Positions 27,487-28,677 of a stretch of 28,677 nucleotides of DNA are shown in pieces; position 1 is the first letter of the stretch, and each line of letters opens with the position of its first letter. The stretch is from Lysobacterales bacterium. Lineage in GTDB: Bacteria; Pseudomonadota; Gammaproteobacteria; Xanthomonadales; Xanthomonadaceae. The DNA lies in contig JBBQQV010000001.1 of assembly GCA_038215505.1 (NCBI GenBank), positions 1 through 28,677 on the forward strand. Reading direction: 5' to 3'. The translations under genes were made by a program, and so were the position numbers. The notes beneath the pieces were generated by a model, which saw only the letters and a program-made list of their open reading frames with translations, was not told the DNA's origin and ran no database searches.

Positions 27487-28194
27487 CTACTGAGCGCTAC
27501 CAATCGCTTCCAACATCAACTCAACCCGTCGATTGATCTGCCGGCCTTCGGCGGTGGCGTTGTCGGCGCTGGGTTGGCTGGCGCCGTGGCCGATGGCCAT
27601 TAGTTGATTGGCGGGGAAGCTCAGGGCGCGCAGTTGCTCGGCGACGGTGAGGGCGCGTTGTGCGGATAGGCGTTGGTTGACTTCCGGCGGGCCGCTGGAA
27701 TCGGTGTGGCCGTGCACTGAGATCATCAGCGATTGGTAGTCACGCAGCGGGCCAAGAATCGAACTCAATACCGTCTTGGCATCCGCCGACAAGGTTGCGC
27801 TGGCCACTTCGAATGTCACCGTCGGCGGCAGTACCACTCGAATGGTGCCCTCGCTGCGTTCCACCTCAGCGTGTGCACCCAGCACTTGCCGCAACTGCGC
27901 ATACAGCACGTCGAGGTAATAACCCTCCTCGCCGGCCGGCAATGCGTGCGGTGTCGCGGCCAAAGCGAGCAGACGTTTCTCGCGCTGGCCAAGGTAGTCG
28001 GTGCTGGCAACCAGCATCGGATTGACAGGGGCCGGCGGCGGCACTGCGGCGGGCGTGATGGTGGCAGCAGGCTCGCCCGTTATTGTCGGCGTCTTGCTGG
28101 TGTCAGTCATTGGCGTCGTCGCGCAGCCCGCCAGCAGGGTGGCGGCTAGCAGCGCCAGCGGCGCACGTTTAAGGTCTTCCCAGAACTGGGTCAT
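27487..28194 (-). CDS. OmpA-family (peptidoglycan-binding) lipoprotein
   Basis: Lipobox LLAGC; VTFEVASATL, VHGHTDSSG, NQRLSAQRA, NATAEGRQINRRVE. Confidence 0.88.
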   Translation of the reverse strand: MTQFWEDLKRAPLALLAATLLAGCATTPMTDTSKTPTITGEPAATITPAAVPPPAPVNPMLVASTDYLGQREKRLLALAATPHALPAGEEGYYLDVLYAQLRQVLGAHAEVERSEGTIRVVLPPTVTFEVASATLSADAKTVLSSILGPLRDYQSLMISVHGHTDSSGPPEVNQRLSAQRALTVAEQLRALSFPANQLMAIGHGASQPSADNATAEGRQINRRVELMLEAIGSAQ

Positions 28195-28378
28195 ACGATC
28201 ACACCGTTGCATCAAGGAAGCGGCAGTGTGCCGCATGCCACGCCAGGTAGCGGTCAGCGAATTGGTTAGTTTTGGTGTCTGCTGACCGCGTAAAGCCCCA
28301 CATCCAAGGGCGTTGACGGTCTGTTGCGACAGGCGAGGTTCCCGCGTCATGGCTTCGCAGTGGACGAAATGCCCCGTT

Positions 28379-28677
28379 TTATTGCGCCCTACGCGGCACT
28401 GCTTGCGCGTTGGCTTGCAGGAATTCGTGAAAAGCATCGGCGGGCAAAGCTCGGCTGTATAGATACCCTTGACCGTAGGCGACGCCGTGTTGGGTCAACC
28501 AGGCGGCTTGTTCGGCGGTCTCCACGCCTTCGGCGACCAAGTCCAGCCCCAACGCATGCGCCATCTCGATGACGTGGGTGATGACTTGGCTGGTGGCGGC
28601 TTCGGTGCCGATGGCATCGACGAAGGCCTTGTCGATTTTCAGAATGTCGAGTTCAAAGGATTGCAGGTAGGACAAAC
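28379..28677 (-). CDS. C-terminal part of an EAL-domain c-di-GMP phosphodiesterase; 5' end outside the window
   Basis: LSYLQSFELDILKIDKAFV, VAEGVET, GQGYLYSRAL. Confidence 0.9.
   Translation of the reverse strand, partial: LSYLQSFELDILKIDKAFVDAIGTEAATSQVITHVIEMAHALGLDLVAEGVETAEQAAWLTQHGVAYGQGYLYSRALPADAFHEFLQANAQAVPRRAQ

Noticed and set aside
27418-27603. 61-aa plus-strand ORF and similar short ORFs overlapping called genes
   Set aside because: Antisense or alternate-frame overlaps with well-supported genes, no motifs.
1-28677. tRNA, rRNA, integrase or transposase genes
   Set aside because: No cloverleaf, rRNA-like sequence or recombinase motifs were seen by eye; tRNAscan-SE and ISEScan would confirm.

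Overview
High-GC Gammaproteobacterial chromosome segment; gene content and order resemble Xanthomonadales/Lysobacterales (inference). The first ~21 kb holds mostly intact housekeeping genes: NDUFA9-like SDR (partial), slt, a TSUP/TauE permease, a TonB-dependent receptor followed by a REP cluster, EEP hydrolase, dsbA, cytochrome c4, engB, a stand-alone hflKC pair (hflC carries an in-frame TAG), a CrbR-like regulator and CrbS-like hybrid kinase separated by ppc, a queuosine-precursor (VUT) transporter and DUF502. From ~21.3 to 27.5 kb lies a decaying accessory region. It has three paralogues of a membrane-anchored TolB-like/TPR protein (one 5'-truncated, one intact, one frameshifted and fused to the 3' end of a vanadium-haloperoxidase-like gene). 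It also has a VapBC toxin-antitoxin pair translationally coupled to the intact paralogue, a frameshifted single-TM (DUF6090-like) gene, and a hicA-hicB remnant missing from the ORF track. The window ends with an OmpA-family lipoprotein and the 3' end of an EAL gene. All calls come from reading motifs by eye; no database search was run.
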